A stretch of 64,000 nucleotides of DNA from Candidatus Culexmicrobium cathedralense (GCA_025061115.1 JANZKC010000002.1:384001-448000), one strand, 5' to 3'. Shown: positions 50,856-61,159, counted from the stretch's first letter. Translations and numbers: made by a program. Notes: generated by a model not told the origin, from the letters alone.

Positions 50856-51905
50856 ATGCTCCCCAAAACCATTGAGTGGAAAAATGGAGTAGTAAGATTA
50901 ATCGACCAAACAAAGCTTCCTAGCAAGCTCGAGTTCATCGAGTGCAAGAATGCAGAAAGAATAGCCTCAGCAATAAGGAACATGGAAATCAGAGGGGCAC
51001 CGGCAATTGGAGCTGCAGCAGCAATGGCGCTGGCTCTAACCGCATATCACAGCAAAGCTGAAAGCGCAGATAAATTAATGAAGGAGCTAAAGGAGGCAGC
51101 GGAGCTCATTAGAAGCACAAGGCCAACTGCCAAAAACCTGTTCTGGGCAGTAGAGAGAGTTTTGAATGCCGCCGAAAAATGCCATGACAACCTAAATAGC
51201 ATGGTGAAAGCAGTAATTGACGAAGCCTTAAGAATAGCTGAAGAAGACGTCGAAGCAAATCTGGCAATAGGAATGCATGGAGCACAACTAATAGACGATG
51301 GAGACACAATACTAACGTACTGCAATGCAGGCTCGCTTGCAACAGTATACTATGGAACGGCTCTAGGAGTAATTAGGGCAGCCTGGACGCAGGGCAAAAA
51401 AATAAGAGTAATAGCTCCGGAAACCAGGCCCAAACTTCAAGGAGCAAGACTAACCTGCTTCGAGCTGCTTGAAGAAGGCATACCAGTAACGCTAATTACA
51501 GACAACTCAATCGGCTTTCTAATGCAGAAGGGAAAAATTGATAAGGTAATCGTCGGAGCCGACAGAATACTTCAAGATGGAACAACCTACAACAAAATCG
51601 GAACCTACACGATAGCGGTATTAGCCGAAAAGCACGGCATACCATTCTACGTTGCAGCTCCAACATCAACCTTCGACCTAACATCAACAAGAGATAAAGT
51701 GAAAATCGAAGAGAGAAGCCCAGATGAAGTTAGGAGGATATGCGGCTGCCAAATAGCTCCCGAAAGAGTCGACGTGATAAACTACGCATTCGACATGACT
51801 CCCCCAGAACTAATAACTGCAATAATAACCGAAGTTGGAGTGATACGCCCACCATATAGGGAAAGCATAGCTGAAATAATGGGAAAGGCAGGTCAAGTCA
51901 GCTGA
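50856..51905 (+). CDS. mtnA: Methylthioribose-1-phosphate isomerase (eIF2B-alpha family)
   Basis: IDQTKLP, IRGAPAIG, RPTAKNL, CNAGSLAT, ETRPKLQGARLT, VGADRI, NKIGTY. Confidence 0.9.
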   Translation: MLPKTIEWKNGVVRLIDQTKLPSKLEFIECKNAERIASAIRNMEIRGAPAIGAAAAMALALTAYHSKAESADKLMKELKEAAELIRSTRPTAKNLFWAVERVLNAAEKCHDNLNSMVKAVIDEALRIAEEDVEANLAIGMHGAQLIDDGDTILTYCNAGSLATVYYGTALGVIRAAWTQGKKIRVIAPETRPKLQGARLTCFELLEEGIPVTLITDNSIGFLMQKGKIDKVIVGADRILQDGTTYNKIGTYTIAVLAEKHGIPFYVAAPTSTFDLTSTRDKVKIEERSPDEVRRICGCQIAPERVDVINYAFDMTPPELITAIITEVGVIRPPYRESIAEIMGKAGQVS

Positions 51906-52668
51906 GCCCGGACTCCACGAGGCGCATAAACCTCAACGCATCCTCAGCCATGTGGACGTTATTGAAAAGAACATAAACCTCCTTAAATCCCGACGACAGC
52001 AGCCCATCAACCTTAACAAGAAGAGCCCTCAAATCCTCATCAGTGTACTTGTACCTGTAATTAACCTCACCCCTCCCAATTCCATGCAGCCTAATATAGC
52101 AAATAGGATGACTCGAAACCGGATTCCTCCTAAACACGTCAACTGCATGAATAAGATTCAACGAATCACACAAATCCCTAACAACATCCAAGTGATCATT
52201 CCACGTCCCCCTAGGCTCCCAAGCAATGTTCAATCCATCCCGCTCAATGCTCGAAAAGAAATCCCTAACATTCTTAACATTCTCATCCGAAAAGCCAAAT
52301 GAAGGCGGAGTTTGAACCACGCAAACCCTAGCTTTAAGCGCTCGGCAAACCTCAAGAGTCCTCCTCCAAGCCTCAAAATTCTCCTCAGTAGGCCTCAGAA
52401 AACCATACCTATCCTCCCTGCCAGGCTCAGGCTTAATTCCAGCTCTCCTCCAAGTAGGGCTGCTGGGAGGATGAGTAATAACCTGCCAAGCCTTCAACGC
52501 AAATTCAAAGTCAGGCGGAGCAAGGCTACGCCAATTCATAGCAGTAGAAACCCTAGGCAACTTGTAAAACGTGCTCTGAAGCTCAATCAACTTAAACACT
52601 TGGAAGTAAGCTGCCTTACCACCCCTAACAGCCCAGCCACAACATCCAACCCTAATCAACACAACCAC
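51898..52668 (-). CDS. DUF72 family protein
   Basis: VGCCGW, ELQSTFY, KAWQVITH, QTPPSF, WEPRG, YIRLHG, LFNN; start approximate. Confidence 0.92.
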   Translation of the reverse strand: MVVLIRVGCCGWAVRGGKAAYFQVFKLIELQSTFYKLPRVSTAMNWRSLAPPDFEFALKAWQVITHPPSSPTWRRAGIKPEPGREDRYGFLRPTEENFEAWRRTLEVCRALKARVCVVQTPPSFGFSDENVKNVRDFFSSIERDGLNIAWEPRGTWNDHLDVVRDLCDSLNLIHAVDVFRRNPVSSHPICYIRLHGIGRGEVNYRYKYTDEDLRALLVKVDGLLSSGFKEVYVLFNNVHMAEDALRFMRLVESGLS

Positions 52669-52756
52669 CAAATAATTTAACAGAGAAACAAAATAAAAAT
52701 CTGAAATAAACCAGCACACAACTTTTATTGGATGGAAAAATAAGAATTACGTGCAA

Positions 52757-52842
52757 GCGGGGGTGGCCGAGCGGCCAAAGGCGGCGGACTCAAGATCCGC
52801 TCCCGGAGGGGTTCGTGGGTTCAAATCCCACCCCCCGCACCA
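52757..52842 (+). tRNA. tRNA-Leu(CAA)
   Basis: GCGGGGG..CCCCCGC-A-CCA; anticodon arm GCGGA-CT-CAA-GA-TCCGC; long variable arm. Confidence 0.96.
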
Positions 52843-53070
52843 CGATTCAAAGCCAGAAATAATCTCAATTTAAGCTCTTTTCGCTAGAAACTCACCTAAA
52901 TTCAAACTCGAACTTTGAACTGACCATATAATTTGCAGTTAAGTTCAAACCCTCACATTTGAATATGACCATGAACCCATTTGATAATAGATAGATAATA
53001 GAGAAGGTTGGATTAAGCCATAATTACTTAAGGGTTTATTTTAACTAAGGAACTATGGCTTGACGGTTAG

Positions 53071-54201
53071 TCACCTCTTACTGATTTGTATGTATGAGAG
53101 GATCGAGAAAGCTACGTAGGCTACTCCTGACAGGATGAAAGTTATTAGATATCCGTATTTCTCCATTAACAGGCTAAATAGGATTAGTGATGAAAACTCT
53201 ATCGTTCTCAGAGGTATGTGGAGGATACCTATGTCTATTGACAGCGTTTCACGCCTATCTTTACTCACTTTGGCTATTATGGACTCATAGAAGCGCGTTC
53301 CAAGTCCGCTTGCAACCGCTAACGCCACAATGAAGACGGGCAGCAGCGTTTCTGATGAGAATGTCATGCATACACATGCAACTACGTATATCATGCTTTG
53401 AATTACTGCTCTAGTTAAGCTTAATGGCATCTTCATTGTGCCAAACACCGTTATGGCCGTAACTATATTGTATACCATGAATATGCCTCCAATCACCATG
53501 TAGCTGTAGCCAAGCTCTTTAGACATGAAGACGGGAAGTACAAGTGACGTTAATGGATATCTAGCTAAACTATTAATCGCCATAATCCCTGAAACAGCCC
53601 AAAAATCTCTACTCTTCCCTCTAAAGTCTAAAGCTTTAAGCGCTTGAAGTAAATTCAACTTCGCCTTTCTCCTCCCCTCACTCCACAAAAGTACTGTCGG
53701 ATACAGAAGCATCATAGAGGCAGCGGTAAGAAGAACAAATGCGCTCCAAGCTCCACTAATGGACATGACAAATCCAGTGACCGCTCCACCCACAGCTCCG
53801 CCAAGCGTAACTACTCCAATAACCCTAGTGGCTTCGCCAGCTTCTCTACTAGGCGATAATATGTAGGTGGCAGTCCTACTAACAGCCCAGTATGCTGAAA
53901 TAGAAACGCCCTCCATAACCTTACCAAGCGCAAAATCTAGAGGCGACCCAGCAACCAAATATATGATAGAAGCCAACGACAAAGCCAACCAATTAACTAC
54001 GAAAAGCGGAGACCAACCCACCTGATCAGCCAAAGCAGCAAACAAAATCCTAACGAAAAGAAAAACAAGTGGAAGAATAGACATTATTAATCCAATCTCA
54101 GCCAAACCAACATTCCTCTCCAATAAGACTAATGGAATTGCAATTCCTAGTCCACCTAAAACAAAGCTCGTTAGAAATGATGTCAGCAACACCCTCCACA
54201 T
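53071..54201 (-). CDS. MFS transporter
   Basis: About 12 hydrophobic segments; AALADQVGW resembles motif A. Confidence 0.8.
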   Translation of the reverse strand: MWRVLLTSFLTSFVLGGLGIAIPLVLLERNVGLAEIGLIMSILPLVFLFVRILFAALADQVGWSPLFVVNWLALSLASIIYLVAGSPLDFALGKVMEGVSISAYWAVSRTATYILSPSREAGEATRVIGVVTLGGAVGGAVTGFVMSISGAWSAFVLLTAASMMLLYPTVLLWSEGRRKAKLNLLQALKALDFRGKSRDFWAVSGIMAINSLARYPLTSLVLPVFMSKELGYSYMVIGGIFMVYNIVTAITVFGTMKMPLSLTRAVIQSMIYVVACVCMTFSSETLLPVFIVALAVASGLGTRFYESIIAKVSKDRRETLSIDIGILHIPLRTIEFSSLILFSLLMEKYGYLITFILSGVAYVAFSILSYIQISKR

Positions 54202-54561
54202 GCCAAGTCACCAGCGCAAAACGACATAAAATAAACAACAAATATAAAATACTCTCTAGCTCAAAACCAGTTAATTCATAACTTCGTTTGCTTTAAATTA
54301 AATACTTTATCTAACTTCTCAAGATGCACAGTGTTTTATTCTTCAACGATAATCAAATGCACTAAAGAATCCAATATACTTTCGACGTTCTTCATCCAAC
54401 ATGCTTGCAAGCAGGATCCTGCCGCCTCCACAATGCATCACAAAATCAAGTTATGGCTATCGCCGTAAGCTCATGCATGATCTTGAGAATGGCAATATTG
54501 AGCGCTCTATGAAGGTTAATAAGCGTAAGCGTAAAAAATTTAGCTAAAATAGGTGTAAGAA

Positions 54562-56130
54562 ATGGCTGCTGGTGGCGGTGATGGAGCGCCAATTTCAGGA
54601 AAAGCTTTGAAAGAAGTGATTTCTCATCTTCACCCAAGGGAAAAGCTCGTTTTAATTGCATTGATGAAAGGCTTGAAGGATGCTGAGGATATAGCTGAAA
54701 GGCTTGGAATAAGTTTGGATGCAGTTATCTGGGCTTTGCAACTGCTTAAAAGCAAGGGCCTAGCCGAAGTAGAGGAGCAAATTGAGGTAAAGTACAATTT
54801 AGGCGATGAAGGAAGAAACTACCTCGAAAAATGCTTCCCAGAGGTAAGGCTAATAGCTAAAGTTAGGGAGGCAGGCGGCGAAGCCACGATAAAGGAGCTC
54901 AAGCTCGAAAAGGATGAATTAACTTTCGGCATAAGTTGGGCATTAAAGAGGAAATGGATAGAAATAAGGCGTAGAGATGGAGAAAGAGTAATTAAGCTAA
55001 CTGAAAAAGGGCTAAAAAGCTTGGAGAAACCCTACCCACCCATGCAGGTTCTAATAAAGCTAGATAAAGGAGAAGCGCTCTCCAGCGAAGATAAGCAAGT
55101 TCTAGCGGAATTAAAGCGCAGAGGCGACATCATAAGAGAAGCAAGAATAAAGCACTTAAAAGCGAAGTTGACGGCAATCGGAGCTGAAGTAGCCAAACTA
55201 ATCAAGCCAGTAGAGGAAGTAAGCGAGCTTACGAGAGAGCTCATAATAACGGGCAGGTGGAAGAAAGTTTACTTAAGGCCCTACAACGTTGAAGTCCCAA
55301 CAGCAACTCCAGTGAGAGGGAAAAAGCACCCCTACAGGGAAATCATCGACGAAATCAGGGAAGTACTAATCGGACTTGGATTCGAAGAGGTTTCAAGCCC
55401 ACCAATAGAAGTTAACTTCTGGAACTGCGATGCACTATTCATGCCATCAGACCACCCAGCTAGAGGAATACACGACATCTTCTACCTGAAAAGCAAAGCT
55501 CAGGTAAGCGAAGTAGCAACACCAGAAGTATGGGAAAGAGTGAAGAGCACCCATGAAAGCGGATGGACCACAGGATCTACAGGCTGGGGCCACTGGGACC
55601 CAAAGCTCGCTCTAAGGCTAATACTAAGAAGCCAAACAACAGCAGTATCTGCCAGGTACTTGTCAATTCTAAAGCAGGAAGACCTGCCCAAAAAGATATT
55701 CACGATAGATAGAAACTATAGGCCAGACCGAATAGACTCAACCCACCTTCCAGAATTCAATCAATGCGAAGGCATAGTAGTTGCAGAAAACGTCAATCTA
55801 AGACACCTAATAGGATTCATTAAGGCCATTGCTGAAGCCTTCGGCATAGAAGAAGTCAAGTTTCAGCCAGCATACTTCCCGTTCACCGAGCCAAGCGTAG
55901 TAGGCTACATCAAGCACCCAAAGCTAGGCTGGATAGAAGCATTGCCAGGAGGAATATTCAGGCCGGAAGTAGTGCGCCCACTAGGATTAAACGTTCCAGT
56001 ACTAGCTTGGGGCTTAGGCATTGATAGGCTAGCCATGGTTGCACTCGACATAGACGACATAAGAATGCTATTCACCCACAATCTGGAATGGCTTCGAAGC
56101 AAGTCAATCCCATCCATATGGAGGTGGTGA
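54562..56130 (+). CDS. pheS: Phenylalanine--tRNA ligase alpha subunit
   Basis: GKKHP, FWNCDALF, HPARG, YRPDRIDSTHLPEFNQ, YFPFTEPS, WGLGIDR. Confidence 0.97.
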   Translation: MAAGGGDGAPISGKALKEVISHLHPREKLVLIALMKGLKDAEDIAERLGISLDAVIWALQLLKSKGLAEVEEQIEVKYNLGDEGRNYLEKCFPEVRLIAKVREAGGEATIKELKLEKDELTFGISWALKRKWIEIRRRDGERVIKLTEKGLKSLEKPYPPMQVLIKLDKGEALSSEDKQVLAELKRRGDIIREARIKHLKAKLTAIGAEVAKLIKPVEEVSELTRELIITGRWKKVYLRPYNVEVPTATPVRGKKHPYREIIDEIREVLIGLGFEEVSSPPIEVNFWNCDALFMPSDHPARGIHDIFYLKSKAQVSEVATPEVWERVKSTHESGWTTGSTGWGHWDPKLALRLILRSQTTAVSARYLSILKQEDLPKKIFTIDRNYRPDRIDSTHLPEFNQCEGIVVAENVNLRHLIGFIKAIAEAFGIEEVKFQPAYFPFTEPSVVGYIKHPKLGWIEALPGGIFRPEVVRPLGLNVPVLAWGLGIDRLAMVALDIDDIRMLFTHNLEWLRSKSIPSIWRW

Positions 56131-56131
56131 A

Positions 56132-57838
56132 ATGCCAACCATAACCATAGACCTAACGGAGCTAAGAGAAATAATGGGTCCAGTAAGCCTAGAAAAGCTA
56201 GTTGAAGCCATAACTCAATTTAAAGGAGAAGTTAAAGGCGTAGAAGGCGACGAACTCATAGTTGAGCTTGAGCCAGACAGACCCGACATCCTAAGCGTAG
56301 AAGGACTATCAAGAGCCCTAAAGGGATACTTCGAAATGGAGCTAGGCCTCCACGAAGCCTCATTAAAGCCACTGAAAGATCCGAGCTTAACCGTAAAGGT
56401 GGTTAATGCAAAGGCAAGACCATACATAGCATGCGCAGTAATAAGAGGATTAAAGCTGGACGATAAAGCCGTCAGAAGCCTAATGAGAATGCAGGAAAAC
56501 CTGCACCTCACGCTGGGTAGAAATAGAAGGAAGGTAGCCATAGGCTTCCACGACCTAGAAGCAATAAGCCCACCAATAATATACACCGAAGCCAAGCCCA
56601 CAGACACCATAATCCCGCTGGAAATGCCAGTTAAAATGAAGCTCAAAGAAGTATTGGAAAGGCACCCCAAAGGAATCGAGTTTAAGCACCTAATCTCAAA
56701 GGGCTACCCAGTGTACATTGATGAGGAGGGAATATTTAGCTTCCCGCCAATAATAAACAGCGAAAGAACGAAGGTCACTGAGAAAACTGAAAACCTATTC
56801 GTAGAGCTCACTGGAATAGATGCTAAAGCAGTTAAGCAAACCCTAAACATCATAGCCTTCAACCTAATCGATAGAGGAGGCGAAGTACAACTAGTAAAAG
56901 TGGAGTACGAAGACAGAATTGAAGTCACCCCGAACCTAAAGCCCAGAAAAATGAAAATAAACCTAAAAGAAGTTTCAAAGCTGATAGGCATCCAGCTAGA
57001 CGAGAAGCTCGCAAAACACCTACTTGAAAAAATGCGCTACGGAGCATCCATCAGAAGCAAAAACGAGCTGGAAGTCCTCATCCCAGCCTACAGGGTAGAC
57101 GTAATGCACATGGTTGACGTAGCGGAAGACATAGCCATAGCATATGGATACGACAAATTAACGCCAGAACTACCAAGTATAGTCACCGTAGGAAAGCCAT
57201 CTTTAATGGAAGTTCTCGAAGCGAAGATAAGGCAATCACTAGTGGGACTAGGACTCCAAGAGGTAATGACCTTCACGCTATCTGGAAAGAAGCTGCAAGC
57301 CGAATTAATGAACATGAAAAACTTACAGCTAGTTGAAATAGAAAATCCAATAACATCGGATCTAAACGTCTACAGGCGCTGGATAACCCCCCACCTCATG
57401 CGCTTCCTATCCCAAAACAAGCACGTAAACTACCCGCAAAAAATCTTCGAAATAGGGTATGTGGCAGTGCCCTTAAATGGGAAAGTTAAAGTCCTGAGAA
57501 ACACGGCAGCGGCAGTAGCATCCTCCAAAGCAACGTTCACCGAAATTCAAGGAATCCTACAAGCACTAGCATTAGACCTAGGACTAAGCGTTAAGCTAAG
57601 AAAAACCGAGCACCCATCATTCATACCAGGAAGAACAGCAGCCATAATAATCAACGGCGAAGTCGCAGGCGTAATAGGCGAAATTCACCCCCAAGTACTC
57701 AACAACTTTGAACTTGAAGTCCCAGTAGTCGCATTCGAAATAACCCACTACAAGCCCACCTATCCAAATGCGCCTGAAAAGCCCAAATCAATTAGCAATG
57801 GAATTAAGGCAATCTGGATATGGCAAATAGCAAGATGA
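56132..57838 (+). CDS. pheT: Phenylalanine--tRNA ligase beta subunit
   Basis: MPTI, DRPDILSVEG, RPYIA, GRNRRK, FPPIINS, YRVDVMH.VDVAEDIAIAYGY, GEIHP. Confidence 0.97.
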   Translation: MPTITIDLTELREIMGPVSLEKLVEAITQFKGEVKGVEGDELIVELEPDRPDILSVEGLSRALKGYFEMELGLHEASLKPLKDPSLTVKVVNAKARPYIACAVIRGLKLDDKAVRSLMRMQENLHLTLGRNRRKVAIGFHDLEAISPPIIYTEAKPTDTIIPLEMPVKMKLKEVLERHPKGIEFKHLISKGYPVYIDEEGIFSFPPIINSERTKVTEKTENLFVELTGIDAKAVKQTLNIIAFNLIDRGGEVQLVKVEYEDRIEVTPNLKPRKMKINLKEVSKLIGIQLDEKLAKHLLEKMRYGASIRSKNELEVLIPAYRVDVMHMVDVAEDIAIAYGYDKLTPELPSIVTVGKPSLMEVLEAKIRQSLVGLGLQEVMTFTLSGKKLQAELMNMKNLQLVEIENPITSDLNVYRRWITPHLMRFLSQNKHVNYPQKIFEIGYVAVPLNGKVKVLRNTAAAVASSKATFTEIQGILQALALDLGLSVKLRKTEHPSFIPGRTAAIIINGEVAGVIGEIHPQVLNNFELEVPVVAFEITHYKPTYPNAPEKPKSISNGIKAIWIWQIAR

Positions 57839-58168
57839 AACCCAAAGCCTAGGAGAAGTCGGCTCCACACGTAATCGCCACAATTCAATCAAAAACCAAG
57901 AACGCCGCCCATCAACCAAACGTGAAGGTCTCAACCTTCAGCCAACATCCATAAATCCAAAACATGAAAAACACGCCGGAAACTTCAAACTAGCAATTCA
58001 AGCAAAAGCCAAATAAATTGATGAAAGCTGCGTAAAGCTACTGCAGAAACACGCAGCAAATCGATTCTACTAAATAAATGACAGTAAAGATTAACTAACC
58101 CTTCAAGTTCACCAGAAAAAGTAACAAATAAATTTTGAAAGAAAATAGAGAGTAGTAAGGTGAATAGT

Positions 58169-58324
58169 ATGGCTAGATGCCCCATATGCGGCGCTGAAGT
58201 TAAAGATGAAGACATGGTCAAGTGCGAAATGTGCTTCCTAAGAGTGTGCCCAAACTGCATAACCGAAAGAGAAGGAACAAAAGTATGCACGCGATGCGCA
58301 AAATTCATGGACCTAGTAGGCTAA
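58169..58324 (+). CDS. 51-aa zinc-finger microprotein with four CxxC motifs (below the ORF-track cutoff)
   Basis: MARCPICGAEVKDEDMVKCEMCFLRVCPNCITEREGTKVCTRCAKFMDLVG; AAGGTGA SD 5 nt upstream. Confidence 0.82.
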   Translation: MARCPICGAEVKDEDMVKCEMCFLRVCPNCITEREGTKVCTRCAKFMDLVG

Positions 58325-58407
58325 AGCACCAAACAAACATAAAACTTAACATTAAATTATTTAATAATCAAAGTAGATGTAGATCAAATTTTATATACAA
58401 CACCAAA

Positions 58408-59082
58408 CTATACTTCCCATCTCGGCCTTAATGAAAGCGTCACCGAGCCCTCAAACATTTTCAAGTGCAAAGCCAATGGCTTAAGATCATCAACAGACTT
58501 TCCAAATCTCAACTCCACATACGGATTCAATATCGCGTAAATCGCGTAGTTTATCTTCAACCTAACAACCTCTGGAGGCTCATGAAAGTCTATGAAAAAT
58601 ATCTTATTTGCCGAAAACAAATACTCATCAGGAACATGCCTAAAGGTTCCGCAATGTTGAAAAATAACTTCCTGCGATGACTGAAGCGCACCAGCAAATT
58701 CAAGACCAGTTATAGCAATCGCATAACCCTTAAAGATAGGGCTCAACTTCACCTCCTCTTCCATTTTAACCCACATTATCATAAGCCTTAAACCAAAATC
58801 CGCATAGTCATCCCCGCCTATCCAACCAGAATCCCTATATGCAGCCACCACCAATCCAAACGCAACATCTCCAAATAAGCTTCCAAATCTCACAACAGTG
58901 CTATTACAAACCGTTAGAGCTCCCCTGGAATAAAAGTTACGTAAAGCATCATAAAGCGATTGAGAAGTTAAAGGAATATAAATCGGACTGCTCAAAGCAT
59001 GCATGCCTAAAATTAAAAGAGTAATCAACGAAAAGAGCAGTATAATTTTCCTTTTAGTTAAGTTCATATTATCAAGCTCCAA
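58408..59082 (-). CDS. Hypothetical membrane-anchored or secreted protein
   Basis: KRKIILLFSLITLLILG N-terminal TM/signal; overlaps or abuts the upstream ORF. Confidence 0.7.
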   Translation of the reverse strand: MELDNMNLTKRKIILLFSLITLLILGMHALSSPIYIPLTSQSLYDALRNFYSRGALTVCNSTVVRFGSLFGDVAFGLVVAAYRDSGWIGGDDYADFGLRLMIMWVKMEEEVKLSPIFKGYAIAITGLEFAGALQSSQEVIFQHCGTFRHVPDEYLFSANKIFFIDFHEPPEVVRLKINYAIYAILNPYVELRFGKSVDDLKPLALHLKMFEGSVTLSLRPRWEV

Positions 59083-59911
59083 CCGGCTTAACCTTAAAAG
59101 TAATATATGTGCTGAAAGTCGTGTACACTACGTCTACTGCATCAAGAGGCAAAAAATTCACAGTATAGGGATCAAGCAGGTCTATACTTTGAAGTCCATT
59201 TTCAACGCAAATATAAAACGACGCGGTCCACGTTAATTTACACGTCACAGTATATGTATGAGTCTCATCAAAACCGCGAGTCACCCAAAATTCTATTCTT
59301 GCTCCAAGCTCACTTAAATCTCCAGCTGCCATAGTTGAAATACGACCCCAATCGGATTGAATTTCTGAAACTTTCGACAAAAATTTAAATGGATTAGGCC
59401 ATGCGAATCCAGTTTTAAGCTGGACAACACTCCACAAAAGATCAATAATAATGTCGATAAAATCGGAGCCTTGCGGTCTCTTCCAACAATTAATAAAGCG
59501 AACAGCATTCTTAGCAGCGTCACCAGTAAATATCGTTCCATTAGTTTCATCCTTAACTTGAACTACCTCAACTTCATAATATATTGAGCCCGTCTGAGAC
59601 CACCATTCTTGACCACCGCAATACCATGACCTAACCCCCTCACTTCCACCCATCAAAATTTGTCCTAAACCGTCAAATTCAAAAACTGTAATCCAATTAG
59701 CGGCATAAGCAAAGTCACCAATAGTGTGGTAATGATATTCTCCTCCTATTGGAGGATAAATGTGACCCCATTGAACTTCATAATCGCCTTTAAGCTCGCC
59801 ATCTCCATTAAAGCCAAAAGCAAATCCCATACTTAAACATGACATTAGGAACAAGCATAATAGGAATATTATTATTTTTTGATTTTCACCATTTTTCATA
59901 ATTTTCACCAT
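59072..59911 (-). CDS. Hypothetical secreted protein
   Basis: KIIIFLLCLFLMSCLSMGFAFG signal peptide; Trp/Tyr/Gly-rich mature region; AT-rich DNA. Confidence 0.75.
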   Translation of the reverse strand: MVKIMKNGENQKIIIFLLCLFLMSCLSMGFAFGFNGDGELKGDYEVQWGHIYPPIGGEYHYHTIGDFAYAANWITVFEFDGLGQILMGGSEGVRSWYCGGQEWWSQTGSIYYEVEVVQVKDETNGTIFTGDAAKNAVRFINCWKRPQGSDFIDIIIDLLWSVVQLKTGFAWPNPFKFLSKVSEIQSDWGRISTMAAGDLSELGARIEFWVTRGFDETHTYTVTCKLTWTASFYICVENGLQSIDLLDPYTVNFLPLDAVDVVYTTFSTYITFKVKPVGA

Positions 59912-59913
59912 TT

Positions 59914-59932
59914 AATAATATAGCATATTATT
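59914..59932. promoter_or_regulatory. Perfect 8-3-8 inverted repeat directly upstream of the secreted-protein start
   Basis: AATAATAT-AGC-ATATTATT between the TATA-like region (~59935-59945) and ATG 59911. Confidence 0.4.
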
Positions 59933-60017
59933 TATATTTATATTTTACGTAAAAATCATCTTTAAAAATACATTTAACTGTTTGATCGTAATCAAATTCA
60001 TAATTTATTTGGTTTGT

Positions 60018-60095
60018 TGGAGCCCCGGGCGGGATTTGAACCCGCGACCTACGCCTTACCAAGGCGCCGCTCTAACCCGGCTGAGCTACCGGGGC
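60018..60095 (-). tRNA. tRNA-Thr(GGT)
   Basis: GCCCCGG..CCGGGGC-T-CCA; anticodon arm GCGCC-TT-GGT-AA-GGCGT. Confidence 0.96.
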
Positions 60096-60188
60096 TTACC
60101 CAGTCTAAATGTGCAATAAACCTATATGATTTTAACTCCTCAGTGGGTTGAGAATTGAACTTCGTTAAGGCTTAGATTGATGGGTGGT

Positions 60189-61088
60189 CTAAGCTGTTGT
60201 AATTAGTGGACCATCTCTAAGTACGATTACTGTGTGCTCTGCTTGAGCTACCAAGCCGCCCCCAGCTTCCTTTAAAACTGGATACGAATGTAAAGCGCCC
60301 TTACTTGCGAGGTTCTGAAGAGCAGCTCTTATTTGAGTTAATGAGCCGCAGTCCAAGAGCCAACGCTCAGAGAACGGCAGTCCCCTAAACTTTGACTTAA
60401 TCTTCTTGAGAAGCTTCTTTTCGAAGCGATTTTTAGCTCCTTTAACTTTAATGAAACTGTAAATGCACACTTGGTCGGTGTCAACGACACTTCCAATGCC
60501 TGTGGTTGCAAAGGGCTCTACAGCATAAACCTCACCCTCCAAGACTACTGCATCATAGCTCGTCGCTACATTTGGTATGCTTTTCCCTCCGTGCAGAAGG
60601 TACCTCCTCATCAAGTGTCCGGAGAGATTGCTTATTGGCTTGAAGCCTAACCTCTTGATCTCACCTTCAATTGCAGATGAAATCCTCCTGATACTAACTC
60701 CAGGCTTCATCAGCTGGATAGCAGCTTCAAGAGCTTTTTCAGCCGCTTCGACCAATTCCATGAAATCAGGGTTAAAACATAGAGTTATAGCTGCATCAGC
60801 AATGTAGCCATCCACATGAGCTCCAACATCAACCTTAACTAGAGAGCCGTCGGGAACCTCAAGCTGATCATCAGCTGGAGAAGAATAGTGCGCAGCAACT
60901 TCATTAATCGACACGTTGCAGGGAAATGCAGGAGAAGCACCAAGCTCATAAATCAGATTTTCCAAAGACTCGCAGATGTCAACTACTCGAGCCCCTGGCT
61001 TAACAATTTCAGCCGCCCTCTTAAGCACTTGCTTAACAACTCTCCCAGCGCGGAGAAGCTTCTCAACTTCCTCACTGCTCAACTCCAT
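60189..61088 (-). CDS. map: Type II methionine aminopeptidase
   Basis: PAFPCN, AAHY, KVDVGAHVDGYIAD, NLSGH, LHGGKSIP, AVEPF, AQAEHT. Confidence 0.96.
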   Translation of the reverse strand: MELSSEEVEKLLRAGRVVKQVLKRAAEIVKPGARVVDICESLENLIYELGASPAFPCNVSINEVAAHYSSPADDQLEVPDGSLVKVDVGAHVDGYIADAAITLCFNPDFMELVEAAEKALEAAIQLMKPGVSIRRISSAIEGEIKRLGFKPISNLSGHLMRRYLLHGGKSIPNVATSYDAVVLEGEVYAVEPFATTGIGSVVDTDQVCIYSFIKVKGAKNRFEKKLLKKIKSKFRGLPFSERWLLDCGSLTQIRAALQNLASKGALHSYPVLKEAGGGLVAQAEHTVIVLRDGPLITTA

Positions 61089-61159
61089 TAAACCTCCCCC
61101 AAACATGCATTGGCAAAGGAAAGCTTAAAACCTTATCAGCTAAAAATAGTGATGGTGAG

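Noticed and set aside
54202-54561. Long MFS-pheS spacer as a riboswitch or sRNA
   Set aside because: No convincing stem or C/D boxes; only short random ORFs.
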